From a virus (Duplodnaviria; Caudoviricetes), in the IMG/VR virus record IMGVR_UViG_3300008007_000037, positions 1-37,134 of that record: 37,134 nucleotides of DNA; one strand, 5' to 3'. The notes under the pieces were generated by a model. It worked only from the letters and a program-made list of their open reading frames with translations, was not told the DNA's origin and made no database searches. This document shows positions 1 through 10,008 of this stretch, piece by piece. Numbering within the stretch: position 1 is the first letter of the stretch; each line of letters opens with the position of its first letter. Made by a program: the position numbers and the translations under genes.

Positions 1-49
1 CTATCCGATTTGCTTAGTTGCAGTGCAATTTGATTTGGAAATATGAATG

Positions 50-1552
50 CTACCTATTGATAACAGTGAAGTCTACGTGTGCCATTCTGTTTTCAAGTAA
101 TGGTTTGTAAATGTTGTACATCGGAATATCAAATGCATCACTAAGGTGTGTGCTGTACTCTTGAGGCAATGACTTAGATCGCTCGGTTGATTTATCTTTC
201 TTTACCTCACCATTGCCATAATCAATTGCACCGGCATTCTCCATTGATATGCACAGCTCTCTGCAATTCTCTTTATTGATTCTGATGATTGGTAGTTTAG
301 ATGATTCATATTGCTTCAATGCAAGGTTGATAACCAAGTGCTTATCCTTATGTGCTGGGTCCAGATGATGCAGCGTCATTAGCTGGCAATTCCATCCATG
401 TTTCTTAAATGCAATCTGCATTTGCTCGGCATAGCTTAGCTTACTGTTTGCCTGTCTATTGTTACCAGATCTATCATAGTAAAGCAATACAGTTCTATTA
501 GATCGGCTTGCATAATATGCTGAGAAATCTGCAACAAGATCATCTAATATACGCGGATGCTTAACAAAGAAGTTCTTGAGCACATTGATTCTGCGCGGTA
601 GTTTCTGCATTACCACCATGCTATTGATCCGCGCTCCCCAATCTACACCACATATAAGCGGCAACTTAGGGTCATGATCCCCATCAGCATCGCATGTAAG
701 TGATTTAGGGTTGAAATCTTTATTCGCTAAATCAATGAAATTATAGTTGTTATTGATGTAGTAATGCTGATTTGCATCTAATTGGCCATAGAAACCATTA
801 GCCACTGATGCTGGTCTTATGTTCAGTATCTCAATATCATACAAGTATTTAGACATGATTGACTTCTGCACATCAAACCAATCATCAGATAGATTGTGCT
901 TGTTCTGCTTTGCAGAAGCACGCAGAAATAAATGATGCTGTGGGTCTGTATCAGCCACCTTATCCATATCACTAAACCATTTACCATCTGCAGTGAGTGG
1001 TATAGTAGATGCACATATGCTACTATTCAATAGTGGATGATTACCAAACCACCGCTTACCTGCACGGTTAGTAGATATTACATCGGTGTCAAGCTTATGC
1101 TTATCAAGCTTAGCGCCTTCATCTGCGATCCACCCCATGATATTACGGCCACGGTGAGATGTTCTGTCTTGGCCAGCCAATTGAAATACCGCGCCAGTAT
1201 ACACGTGTATGCAATGCTTCCATCCATCACCATTTGGTGCTTGGTGGCATATAGGCCAATCTCTATTTCTACGGCCTACTACATAATGCAGATCTTCTTT
1301 CCATCCAAACAACATTTCAAGGCCTTCCTTAGTACTTGGCCATGTTTCAGATAATATCTGCTTGTAAGAACTACCCACCAATGAGAATTTCCCCCTGGGT
1401 AACTGTGTACTAAGTTTATAGAAACGATCAGCAATTATGGTCGATTTACCTGCACCTCTACCCCATTCCAACCAAATAAATTTGGCAGGTGATGTCATAG
1501 CTATCATCTGAGGTATGTTTAGTTCAACCTCTTTTTTTGGTAGATTATTCAT
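50..1552 (-). CDS. terL: Terminase large subunit
   Basis: Walker A WGRGAGKST, Walker B WIADEG, RNase H-like nuclease motifs GVDWG and HLSDAFD; start moved to ATG 1552 (MNNLPKK), which overlaps the upstream stop. Confidence 0.92.
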   Translation of the reverse strand: MNNLPKKEVELNIPQMIAMTSPAKFIWLEWGRGAGKSTIIADRFYKLSTQLPRGKFSLVGSSYKQILSETWPSTKEGLEMLFGWKEDLHYVVGRRNRDWPICHQAPNGDGWKHCIHVYTGAVFQLAGQDRTSHRGRNIMGWIADEGAKLDKHKLDTDVISTNRAGKRWFGNHPLLNSSICASTIPLTADGKWFSDMDKVADTDPQHHLFLRASAKQNKHNLSDDWFDVQKSIMSKYLYDIEILNIRPASVANGFYGQLDANQHYYINNNYNFIDLANKDFNPKSLTCDADGDHDPKLPLICGVDWGARINSMVVMQKLPRRINVLKNFFVKHPRILDDLVADFSAYYASRSNRTVLLYYDRSGNNRQANSKLSYAEQMQIAFKKHGWNCQLMTLHHLDPAHKDKHLVINLALKQYESSKLPIIRINKENCRELCISMENAGAIDYGNGEVKKDKSTERSKSLPQEYSTHLSDAFDIPMYNIYKPLLENRMAHVDFTVINR

Positions 1553-2135
1553 CCAATTCCATATCAATATTTGGAAAAATGGCATCTAAATCAAATGCAC
1601 CAGAGTTATGAGCCATATCAATAATTGGCTTCAATTTCTTAGAAATAACAAACTTAATTTCGTGTGCTTGAAGGTTTTCCCAATCAATTTTTTCGGCATC
1701 TTCTTTATCTAAGCCATAGGCTGAAATCATGTTTTTTAGCGCTGCATTTGCGGCTTTTAAATCATCTTGTTTGAGACTTTTATTAAACACCTTTAGCGCC
1801 ATGTTGTATACAATATGGCGCATCGCCTTTTTGTGAACTTCCTGAGCATCACCATGCAATTGAAGCGAATGCTGCACATCTCGTTGTATAGTCCTAATGC
1901 TTAAGCCAGATGTTGTGCTTATTTCTTTTACTACATCTTCACGAGAAATACCTTCACAAAGCAAACCCCAAATGGTGAGCCATCGCTTTCGTGTTTCAAT
2001 ATCATCCTGGTTTTTCAGCTCTAAACCATGGGTATAATAGGCTTCAATTCTACCATATTGAGTAGATGTATCTATTTCAATTGGCATTATGCTCTGCATT
2101 CCTTTTGGAATAATGCTCAAATCACGATTTTTCAT
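1545..2135 (-). CDS. terS: Probable terminase small subunit (HTH-containing)
   Basis: Immediately upstream of terL, 196 aa, HTH-like GISREDVVKEISTTSGLSIRTIQRD. Confidence 0.6.
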   Translation of the reverse strand: MKNRDLSIIPKGMQSIMPIEIDTSTQYGRIEAYYTHGLELKNQDDIETRKRWLTIWGLLCEGISREDVVKEISTTSGLSIRTIQRDVQHSLQLHGDAQEVHKKAMRHIVYNMALKVFNKSLKQDDLKAANAALKNMISAYGLDKEDAEKIDWENLQAHEIKFVISKKLKPIIDMAHNSGAFDLDAIFPNIDMELDE

Positions 2136-2933
2136 TGTTCTCTCTTCGCTTTAGTTCAGCACGTGCGGCAATAAGCTCTGCATAGTGCATTTCTCTTAAT
2201 TCAGTAGACCTTTGAAGCTTAGCGCTGATGTATTGTCTCTTTTTTTGATCTCTACACTTAGCCAAGTCATTTTCATACTTAGCTCGCTGCTTTTTATGAT
2301 GACTTTCAGATGCTTTTCTGTTTCCTTCAAATCGCTTAAGCTCTAAGTCGCTCATTTTGGTAATATCAACCGAAGATTCAACAGTCGGCACTATTTCGCC
2401 ATGAGTTAGATAGTGATCAATTTTATTCCACAGCCTAGCTTCTTTATCCTTTAAATCGATGATATTAAGCGCCATTTTTTCGCGTGTTTCATCGTCTTTT
2501 AGGTCTACAAATCGCAAATTCCAATTTAGCTTTCGTGCTTCTTTGGCGTAATCAATGATTTTGATATAATAGCTTTTAAGCTCTGCAGGGAGTTTTTCAA
2601 ATTGAACTTTTTGCAGTTTTGGATCTGCATATGCAACCACATCTTGAGGCTGAGCACGCTCAATGGCTGGTGCTTTTTTTTTTCGGCTACAAAAGGAATT
2701 TTTGGCGATTTTATCACCTTTGATTTTGAAACAACAGCCTTTTTATCACTCTGATCACGCTCTATCTTGCTCAACTCAACATGAAGCTTTTTCATCCAGT
2801 TTATTTGACCTTTACCAGCCAAAAAACGCTTTTTAAGCACGTCAATTTTCCCGTATTTTCGGTAAATAGCCACGCCAAGCTCATAATCGCCACCATCAGC
2901 GCGCCAAGCTTGTATTTCTTCTGCTATCGTCAT
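2122..2933 (-). CDS. Hypothetical phage protein split by a -1 frameshift at an A10 run (ORFs 2526..2933 and 2122..2640)
   Basis: Minus strand GAA AAA AAA AAG at 2673-2684; the -1 frame continues APAIERAQPQDVVAYADPK directly into the 2122..2640 ORF. Confidence 0.65.
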
Positions 2934-3733
2934 TTTTCAAACCTTGATTTATCCGGAAAGTACTCTTGCAATGCCTGGCGAAGCTCTGGCGTTAATCCAG
3001 CATCATTGTGATTCATGAATTTGTGATTTTGAAACCAATTTTTAAGCTGATCTACATTATCACTTGGTTTTCCATCAAATGGAATTTCTCTTGGACCATA
3101 AAGTGCTAATTTCACATCATTTCCAGGCTCTAAAAACTCAATATTGGCTGGTCTGTGATGATTGTAATACAGAGAAAACATCAACAGCCTGTTTTTGCCT
3201 GGTGCATAAATCTGAAACACTTCAATCATCTTTTTTCGATCAAAAAACTTCGGTAAATGATTCTCAAAATCAACCCAAGCATCATCTGCGCCTGGTAAGC
3301 ATCGTTTTTTAGCTCGCAAAGCATCAATAGTTCTAAATTTAAGCTTGGTATGCTTTGGAAACTTGCTGCGATCTACCTTATCGATATCTATTGCATTTTT
3401 TGACCTTGGCAAAGCAAAAACACGCTTCAAATCAGCCATTTTTACCTCAGAAGTGAGATAAATATCATCATACGTGTACAATATTTTATTTCCAATGTTT
3501 GGATCTGTAATGGCAGCATTTAATTTTCTAACGGCATCTAAACACACCGGTAAAAAATCATCGTAAATATGCTCTACTGGTAAATGATTTGCATTTTGTA
3601 CCCAATCTGGAATATCACCAGAAAACCACAACTTAAATGGCACTTTCAGATTCTTATCCAAGCTTCTTAGGCTGTATCTTAGTTCATCCCACTTAGCTGG
3701 GCCGTTAAAATATTGGTATACTACATCAATCAT
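2930..3733 (-). CDS. Stealth-family-like sugar-phosphate transferase
   Basis: IDVVY (CR1-like), ELRYSLRSLDKN and YTYDDIY (CR2-like), FMNHND...YFPDKSRFEK (CR4-like). Confidence 0.7.
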   Translation of the reverse strand: MIDVVYQYFNGPAKWDELRYSLRSLDKNLKVPFKLWFSGDIPDWVQNANHLPVEHIYDDFLPVCLDAVRKLNAAITDPNIGNKILYTYDDIYLTSEVKMADLKRVFALPRSKNAIDIDKVDRSKFPKHTKLKFRTIDALRAKKRCLPGADDAWVDFENHLPKFFDRKKMIEVFQIYAPGKNRLLMFSLYYNHHRPANIEFLEPGNDVKLALYGPREIPFDGKPSDNVDQLKNWFQNHKFMNHNDAGLTPELRQALQEYFPDKSRFEK

Positions 3734-4455
3734 ATCGCTTTGATTTTTTCGAGTAATTCATTACTAAAATGCTTCTCAAAAAACACATTAGACCGCACAT
3801 TTACTTCTGTGAAATCGTTGAATTTGTTCATACCAACATCACTTTTCAAATCAAACATCCTAATGTTGCGCTCAAGCATTTTGAAGCTATACACATTATC
3901 GTAATGATCATGGCAATAAGCATTGATCATTTTACTCATGCTGCCGTCAAGTCCTCGCTTTTTGGTGTCGCTCCATAGCTTAAAACCATGCGCTTCTACC
4001 AAATCACGGCTAAGCATACGGCCAGCGCCTACGGTTCTCGATTGTTGAGACTTATAACCACGCCAGTATACAACGCGTGCACTCTTTGCATTAACTACAT
4101 ATAAGTCTTTGATGCCAACAAACTCGGCTTTTTGGCCAGCCATTTCAAAATAAAACTGCAGCATAGCAGCATTAATGAAATCATCACTACCAAGCACCAA
4201 AACATAATCAAAATCTAGGCATTTACTTGCTTCTAGCACTGCATTCCATTTCTTACCCAAAAACTCGTTTGAGCATTCGGTGTAGTGCGCCCAATTTGGC
4301 ACCAGCTTTCGGCTCGAAATGCCTTCGCTACCCACTACGGCCATGCTCAACTCTTGGCCATCTTGCAACTCATTTCTAAGCTGCGTATAGTGGTCCATGA
4401 ATAGCTTGGTTACTTTAGGCCGTTGCCATATAGCTGTAATGATGTGTATCTTCAT
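3730..4455 (-). CDS. GT-A fold glycosyltransferase (family 2-like)
   Basis: N-terminal IHIITAIWQR strand, LGKKWNA helix, YVLVLGSDDF DxD-type motif, GAGRMLSR. Confidence 0.75.
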   Translation of the reverse strand: MKIHIITAIWQRPKVTKLFMDHYTQLRNELQDGQELSMAVVGSEGISSRKLVPNWAHYTECSNEFLGKKWNAVLEASKCLDFDYVLVLGSDDFINAAMLQFYFEMAGQKAEFVGIKDLYVVNAKSARVVYWRGYKSQQSRTVGAGRMLSRDLVEAHGFKLWSDTKKRGLDGSMSKMINAYCHDHYDNVYSFKMLERNIRMFDLKSDVGMNKFNDFTEVNVRSNVFFEKHFSNELLEKIKAI

Positions 4456-4456
4456 T

Positions 4457-4762
4457 TTATCGGGAATGGCGTACGGTTTTCAGTCTGAAAGACAGCTTTA
4501 GTATATCACCGAATTGTTTAATCATTTGCACTCGCCTAGCTTTTGTGCGTTTTCGATTATTCGTTTTAAGCTTTGCGGCTCTTCTTCGCTGACTTCTGTT
4601 TGGATCAAAAATTGGCATGCCTTTATCATCATATGCAATCACACTTCTGGTGATATACATGCCTTTTCGCAAGGTTATTTTTTTACCACCTTGCACATAA
4701 TCAAATGTTGAGGCGTTGATAGATCGGTCTTTTACAATGGGGTAATTCTGTATTTGATACAT
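4457..4762 (-). CDS. Small basic hypothetical protein
   Basis: Arg/Lys-rich ORF; ATG 4762 lies just downstream of the late promoter motif. Confidence 0.55.
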   Translation of the reverse strand: MYQIQNYPIVKDRSINASTFDYVQGGKKITLRKGMYITRSVIAYDDKGMPIFDPNRSQRRRAAKLKTNNRKRTKARRVQMIKQFGDILKLSFRLKTVRHSR

Positions 4763-4781
4763 CTTGTAGGTATTTATTATC

Positions 4782-4817
4782 CAAAGATTAGCACCATACA
4801 ACTTTGCGAAAAGGACA
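4782..4817 (-). promoter_or_regulatory. Putative late promoter 1 (TGTCC-N27-TTTG)
   Basis: TGTCCTTTTCGC...AATCTTTG; same spacing as four other copies. Confidence 0.8.
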
Positions 4818-4818
4818 C

Positions 4819-4849
4819 AAAAAAAGGGCTACACATTGTGCAGCCCTTT
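4819..4849 (-). terminator. Rho-independent terminator after the tail-tube candidate
   Basis: AAAGGGCT...AGCCCTTT stem followed by a T7 run on the minus strand. Confidence 0.8.
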
Positions 4850-4890
4850 CACCCCAATTAATTCACACGTACCTACGCGATGAATAATCT

Positions 4891-5493
4891 TTATGCAGTT
4901 GTGCTTGAGCTAGTGCTCAAACTTGCAGCATCATCCAATGGATCATAACCCAGCACAATTGGTGCTGGTGATGTGCTAGGATAAGAACACTCAAAACTGA
5001 TTTGCTTACGCTCGGCAGTTGTTGCACCTGTTGTTGGTGTGATGTTGTCAAAATTCACAGGTAAGTTTTCACTACCCAATTGTCTCAACGTGCCATCACT
5101 TTCAGGAACCAATAAAATCATTGGTGTGTTGTTTGCATATCTAGCAAAACCTAATGCTCTACGCTTGTTTCCTGGATGAACAAAACTAAACTTGTTCAAG
5201 AAACTTTTGCCATCCACTTCGCCTTGTGGCTCACAAACTACACCGCTGGTGTCTCTTGTGATATACATCTTATTCCAACCCTTTCCAGTTTTGAAATTAT
5301 ATCCAATGCCATCTTGTGCGCAGTCAATTACTGCAGCATCATCAAGACTTGCTGGGCTTTCAGGAACGTTTGGAATACCATTTTTGGCAAACGAACTGCG
5401 CGGAGCATAATAGAAATAGGCAGCCATGCCACCCATATTTTCAGAGCCATCTGGCCAAGCAATATCTAATATCGCGGTACTTTCTAAACTCAC
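4891..5493 (-). CDS. Putative major tail (tube) protein
   Basis: Follows MCP, about 200 aa, beta-rich; start reassigned to GTG 5493 because the upstream ATG lies within a terminator hairpin; function by position. Confidence 0.55.
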   Translation of the reverse strand: MSLESTAILDIAWPDGSENMGGMAAYFYYAPRSSFAKNGIPNVPESPASLDDAAVIDCAQDGIGYNFKTGKGWNKMYITRDTSGVVCEPQGEVDGKSFLNKFSFVHPGNKRRALGFARYANNTPMILLVPESDGTLRQLGSENLPVNFDNITPTTGATTAERKQISFECSYPSTSPAPIVLGYDPLDDAASLSTSSSTTA

Positions 5494-5517
5494 GGCTATT
5501 GTTTTTTTTTGATTGAT

Positions 5518-5547
5518 AAAAGGCTGAGCCATATTGCAGGCTCAGCC
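5518..5547 (-). terminator. Terminator/attenuator after the major capsid gene
   Basis: GGCTGAGCC-N8-GGCTCAGCC perfect 9-bp stem then TTTT on the minus strand. Confidence 0.8.
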
Positions 5548-5572
5548 GTTAATTTCTATCAGATCACACTCA

Positions 5573-6580
5573 CTACACTAAGGTAGTTGAGTTAGATCCT
5601 GAGTACGACCAATCTGGTCTGTACATGTAAATCAGCTCTGGTCTGATTACACCAATTGCTTCCCACCAATCAGTGTAGATGCTTACATTTCTTTTAGCAC
5701 CTTCTACCATTGGCATTGGTATTGCATTTTGTCTGGTAGCATGTACCAGGTTACCTTTTACAGTCGCAATTACAATTCCTGTACCAGCCAAACACTGCAA
5801 TGGCTTGATCTCCCATCCAGCACCATCACCATAGATATCAGAGAAATCTATGATAGGTGTTACTGAATAATCAATATTTGAACCAAGCGTGTTTCGCTTA
5901 TCCTTGAGCATTTTTCGCACCAATTTTGGATCGCTAAAAAACTCAACCATTTCACCTTCAAATTCAACTGGTAAATCCTCAGCCATTTCTTCGTAAGCAT
6001 CAAATGCTTCTGCAAGTATCGCTGGGTTTTTGTCAATCAAAAACTGATGACCACCTGCATTTACTGCATCGGTTGCTACTTTCACCAATCCATCCATGGC
6101 ATTAATAGCCTTTCCTGGAGTTCCTTCCGTAGGAGCTACATACTGACCATATCGGTAACTCTTAAGCTCACGATCATGATGGCTTTGTGCAATCAACTGA
6201 CGCATCATATGCGCAACGTATGGTGCTTTGGTTCTGTCCTGCTCTGTTACAGGGCCATTCAAGTACTCCAAATAGCTTTGTTTGAAAGCATCTGGTTTAC
6301 CTTCCCAGTCAATCTTCAAGTTATACAGCTCAAGCAATTTTGGTGTATAAGTTGCAGTTGTTTTTGACGTGTAAGTGCCTTGAAAAGACTGCACTACTTC
6401 GTCTAAATGTTCATTTACAAGACGAACCGTGTCGCCTTGTGCAAAATATGGAGTAAGTTGAGCCATACTGCGAGGTTTTACTCGCATTTGGGTCATTAAT
6501 GTTTCCGCATTATTTTGATTCCCCAAATAATACGAACCATATTCAGCTTTTACTGATGAAACGTCTATTACGCTTGCCAT
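5573..6580 (-). CDS. Major capsid protein
   Basis: 335 aa directly after the protease/scaffold gene, followed by a terminator; AMDGLVK motif reminiscent of HK97-fold MCPs. Confidence 0.75.
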   Translation of the reverse strand: MASVIDVSSVKAEYGSYYLGNQNNAETLMTQMRVKPRSMAQLTPYFAQGDTVRLVNEHLDEVVQSFQGTYTSKTTATYTPKLLELYNLKIDWEGKPDAFKQSYLEYLNGPVTEQDRTKAPYVAHMMRQLIAQSHHDRELKSYRYGQYVAPTEGTPGKAINAMDGLVKVATDAVNAGGHQFLIDKNPAILAEAFDAYEEMAEDLPVEFEGEMVEFFSDPKLVRKMLKDKRNTLGSNIDYSVTPIIDFSDIYGDGAGWEIKPLQCLAGTGIVIATVKGNLVHATRQNAIPMPMVEGAKRNVSIYTDWWEAIGVIRPELIYMYRPDWSYSGSNSTTLV

Positions 6581-6609
6581 TTTCTGTAATTATTTAATGG
6601 TTGTTGTGA

Positions 6610-8004
6610 TTACTTTTTGAAAACGTGAGGCACACCTGCTTCTGCAGCTAGCCCTTCATACATTGGGTTTTCAAACACATTTGGTGTTTGGTCCACTTCT
6701 TCTGTTACCGCTGGCGCAAGCGCTGCTGGTTTTGCTCCTGGCTTACTTTCAAGCGTAGCAATGTGTGCACGAAGGCTTTCGGCTTGTGCTTCCGCAGTAT
6801 CACCTTCAAGCTCATACTCGCTGGCAATACTGTTAATCAATGCATTTGCAGATGCTGCATTTGCATTTGATGCTGCAAGTTGTGTCTCAAGCTCAGCGAT
6901 GCGCGCATTTGCGCCTTCAGCCGCGCTAGCGGCAGCTTGATTCACAGCCTGCTCATTCGCTTCAAGCGTAGATTCAATAGTGGCAATCTGAGTTTCATTC
7001 AGATACACACCATCTTCACTAGCCTCAAGCGAATCAACGCCTAGCGTGGCGTTTACTTTGGCATACTGTTTCATGTTATATATATTGGTTTGAAATACAT
7101 TTTCGGTAGATACTTCATTAGTACCCAATGCCTCACTCACAAGCTCATCATAGCTTTTTATGCCATCAATCAAGCCTATGGCAAGTGCTTCATCAGCGTA
7201 ATACATGGCTCCTTTATATGGGTCGCCAGCTTCTAAATTGATCTTTGATCCACGGTTGAGATTTACCTGGTCAATAAAATGCTGTGCTAGTACATCAAGC
7301 TCAGCGCGCACTGCATCACTGTTTCCAGTTTCTTCCCAGATGCGATACTTGCCATTTTTCTCGGTACTCAAATTGCTATAGATGTCTTCAATAGCAATAC
7401 CCATATCTGCATAAGCTTTCTTAAGCGATAGATATGTGGTATACACACCAATGCTACCCACTTGACTGGTACCATGGGTTACATATATGTTATTGCAAGT
7501 GCTTATTACCCAATACATGGCGCTCGCAGCCATGCCATCATTCACCAATCCATCAATGGGTTTAGTGCATGATCTTATAGCATCAACCAGCGTTTCAGTT
7601 CCATACACACTACCGCCACCGCTATCAGCATCAATTATGATTGATTTAATACTATCATGATTATCGGCAGCTTTTATTACTGCAGCACGCGTAAGGCTAC
7701 CATAACTACCACAATAATCACTTTTCATGATAGCGCCAGTTACTGGCATGCTCAACACACTACCTTGCTCAATAATAAAATCAGCTTTCTTGAGTGTTTT
7801 ATAATTGTTAATGTAAAGATTAGGGCCATTTGGCTGATGAATTACAGCCAGAGGTTGATACTCTTCGCCTTGTGTACTTTCATGAGGTGAAGCATCACCG
7901 CTTAGCATCTTGGTAACTAACGGATAATAACCAAACGCATAATGTGGGTCTATCATCCACTTACCGCGTGCTATTTCATTGATAATACTATGAAAGTGAT
8001 TCAT
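6610..8004 (-). CDS. S49 (SppA/ClpP-like) prohead protease with C-terminal scaffold-like coiled coil
   Basis: DSGGGSV, MAASAMYW, VGSIGVY motifs; Ala/Glu-rich C-terminal third. Confidence 0.88.
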   Translation of the reverse strand: MNHFHSIINEIARGKWMIDPHYAFGYYPLVTKMLSGDASPHESTQGEEYQPLAVIHQPNGPNLYINNYKTLKKADFIIEQGSVLSMPVTGAIMKSDYCGSYGSLTRAAVIKAADNHDSIKSIIIDADSGGGSVYGTETLVDAIRSCTKPIDGLVNDGMAASAMYWVISTCNNIYVTHGTSQVGSIGVYTTYLSLKKAYADMGIAIEDIYSNLSTEKNGKYRIWEETGNSDAVRAELDVLAQHFIDQVNLNRGSKINLEAGDPYKGAMYYADEALAIGLIDGIKSYDELVSEALGTNEVSTENVFQTNIYNMKQYAKVNATLGVDSLEASEDGVYLNETQIATIESTLEANEQAVNQAAASAAEGANARIAELETQLAASNANAASANALINSIASEYELEGDTAEAQAESLRAHIATLESKPGAKPAALAPAVTEEVDQTPNVFENPMYEGLAAEAGVPHVFKK

Positions 8005-8009
8005 GGGTA

Positions 8010-8045
8010 CAAATCACCACATTAGCACTGCGCATAAAAAGGACA
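8010..8045 (-). promoter_or_regulatory. Putative late promoter 2
   Basis: TGTCCTTTTTATG...GTGATTTG, 5 nt before the protease ATG. Confidence 0.8.
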
Positions 8046-8065
8046 GGCCGCACGTGGCGGCCTGT
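8036..8065 (-). terminator. Terminator hairpin overlapping late promoter 2
   Basis: ACAGGCCGC-N5-GCGGCCTGT followed by CCTTTTT on the minus strand. Confidence 0.7.
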
Positions 8066-8150
8066 AAACATTAAGCTTTATTTAAGTTGTCAAAGCATTA
8101 AATTGACTGGACAACTTTTGCACAAAAAAATAACTGAATTTAACAAAAAA

Positions 8151-8645
8151 CTAAGTCTTTTGCATTTTTCTCTTGTTATCCTTGATTCTTTTACGCTGGC
8201 GCTGAAATCTTTTTAGCGCAGAATCTACATCCAGCATTTCATTGTCAATCTTCAAGTGCTGCAAAAAAGCAATGCAACTGCTTTTCAATTCTTTGTTACT
8301 GTGCTTGGCAGCGCTCAAATAGCTATACAGATATTGATTAAATAGCTGCTCATAAGTATTGTTGAAATCAGCAGCCATTTTGCTATCGGCTCTCACTTCG
8401 TTACTTCTAGGATCGGCACCAGGAACATAATGCAAAGTGTCGAGCATTACCTTTATTCGATCATTAAGCAAATCACTGGTTTGTTTTGCTACACCGTGCT
8501 TTTTTTCAAGCATAGCATAAAATAGTTTGCCAAACAATTTGTCTTTTCTTGGTGCTAATGGTTCTGCACCATTTATTACAAGAATAAATTGCTTGAGATA
8601 AGGCTTCACCGGAACTTCTACAATTTGAAAATGATTCTTGCTCAT
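8151..8645 (-). CDS. Hypothetical basic protein, candidate transcriptional regulator
   Basis: Stand-alone ORF; N-terminal strand-helix (VEVPVKPYLKQFI) and basic C-terminal helix. Confidence 0.5.
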   Translation of the reverse strand: MSKNHFQIVEVPVKPYLKQFILVINGAEPLAPRKDKLFGKLFYAMLEKKHGVAKQTSDLLNDRIKVMLDTLHYVPGADPRSNEVRADSKMAADFNNTYEQLFNQYLYSYLSAAKHSNKELKSSCIAFLQHLKIDNEMLDVDSALKRFQRQRKRIKDNKRKMQKT

Positions 8646-8758
8646 GGGGTATATGGATTAAAGGGATTACAAATTTAGTAGCTAAAGTGGCGTTTTTATT
8701 CCACAATAGTGAGTTAAAACGCTAACGTATTAAAAAATATTATCCACAATACTTTATT

Positions 8759-9079
8759 CTATTTTCCATTTTTATACAACTGCCTCAGCTCTTCATTAAA
8801 CTTCTCTACCTCTTTGAGCACGCGCTCTTGGTTGTCTTTGGTGTTTTTTATATCAAGCTGCACACTTTTTAGGTCGCCTTTTATTTCGGCTTGCATTTCT
8901 AAGCTTCGCAAATACAGTGGCTCGATGTTGCGCTTAAACTCTAGCAATGATTCAATGTAGTTTGAATTATTATTGATCTGCAATTGCATACCAATGCCAA
9001 TGCCCACAATGGCTGATAAAATAGTCCAATACCGCTGTATTTGATCTAAAAACGAAAGTGATTCTTTAGTTGTTGCCAT
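8759..9079 (-). CDS. Membrane protein with coiled coil
   Basis: Hydrophobic WTILSAIVGIGIGMQL followed by heptad-rich region. Confidence 0.6.
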   Translation of the reverse strand: MATTKESLSFLDQIQRYWTILSAIVGIGIGMQLQINNNSNYIESLLEFKRNIEPLYLRSLEMQAEIKGDLKSVQLDIKNTKDNQERVLKEVEKFNEELRQLYKNGK

Positions 9080-9082
9080 CTT

Positions 9083-9319
9083 TTAAATTTCTTCGTCAGG
9101 TGTAAACTCGTTGAGCCATTGGTTGAAGTTTTCAATCACTTGGCCATTTTCAGGAATTAGCTGTTGAGATGTGCATTCAAATCCTAAGTATTCTTTAATG
9201 CTACCATCTGCTTCATGCCTACTGATTTGCCAAATGCATAAAGTAGGTGATTGCACCAACTCTGCTTGTCCGTTGATTATGCCGTATATTCTCATAATTT
9301 CATTTAAAATGCAACCCAA
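9083..9319 (-). CDS. Small hypothetical protein (possible tail-fibre chaperone)
   Basis: Coupled downstream of the LamG-like gene. Confidence 0.45.
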   Translation of the reverse strand: MGCILNEIMRIYGIINGQAELVQSPTLCIWQISRHEADGSIKEYLGFECTSQQLIPENGQVIENFNQWLNEFTPDEEI

Positions 9320-10008
9320 AATTCAGGAGGTGATGTAAAGTTTTCCAAAATCCCGTCAGTTGAATAAGTTCCTTCATTAATTGCTACAGTGCTCGACCCT
9401 GAGCTATTAAAACGATAGTATATAAAAGGATTTCCAACATCAGTAGCTAAGTTTCCATTTCCCTGATTGTACAAGTAAGTAATATCTTCTAATGTTAATA
9501 CTTGGTTTTCATAAATAGCTAGTTCATCCATTTTAAATTTACCGGGTAATAAGCTTGAGATAAATTTACCTATTCCTGAAACACCCCAAGTATCATCAAC
9601 AACATTACTAATGGTTCTAGTCAATTGAATATCATTACAATGAACAGTAACACCATCACTTACTGTAAGTCTCACGACAAAGTGTAGTTTTTGACCTAAA
9701 TGTTCTAAAAAATTAAAACTGAATCGATTCCTATCAGAATAGCTATTGAGACGCACTTCAAAAAATGTTGTGCCAAAAAACCAAATTCCAGCATTATTTA
9801 GGTTCGAACTAAATATTAGAAATTGATTTGTTTGAGACTCATCAATTTCTATCCAAAATGAAACAGATAAGCCAAACTCTATCGATATTGCTATTTGCGA
9901 AACATCAAATGCTACTCTATCGTTTATACCATCAAATTGAAGGGCGTTACCGAATGCAAACGGCAACAACTCACTACCCTTAACCAGCACACTACTCTTT
10001 CTACTCAT
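9304..10008 (-). CDS. Concanavalin A/LamG-like domain protein, candidate receptor-binding protein
   Basis: NALQFDGINDRV start motif, SVSFWI, MDELAIYENQVLTLEDITYLYN. Confidence 0.72.
   Translation of the reverse strand: MSRKSSVLVKGSELLPFAFGNALQFDGINDRVAFDVSQIAISIEFGLSVSFWIEIDESQTNQFLIFSSNLNNAGIWFFGTTFFEVRLNSYSDRNRFSFNFLEHLGQKLHFVVRLTVSDGVTVHCNDIQLTRTISNVVDDTWGVSGIGKFISSLLPGKFKMDELAIYENQVLTLEDITYLYNQGNGNLATDVGNPFIYYRFNSSGSSTVAINEGTYSTDGILENFTSPPEFWVAF

Noticed and set aside
9304-10008. Diversity-generating retroelement target
   Set aside because: No reverse transcriptase and no template/variable repeat pair seen.
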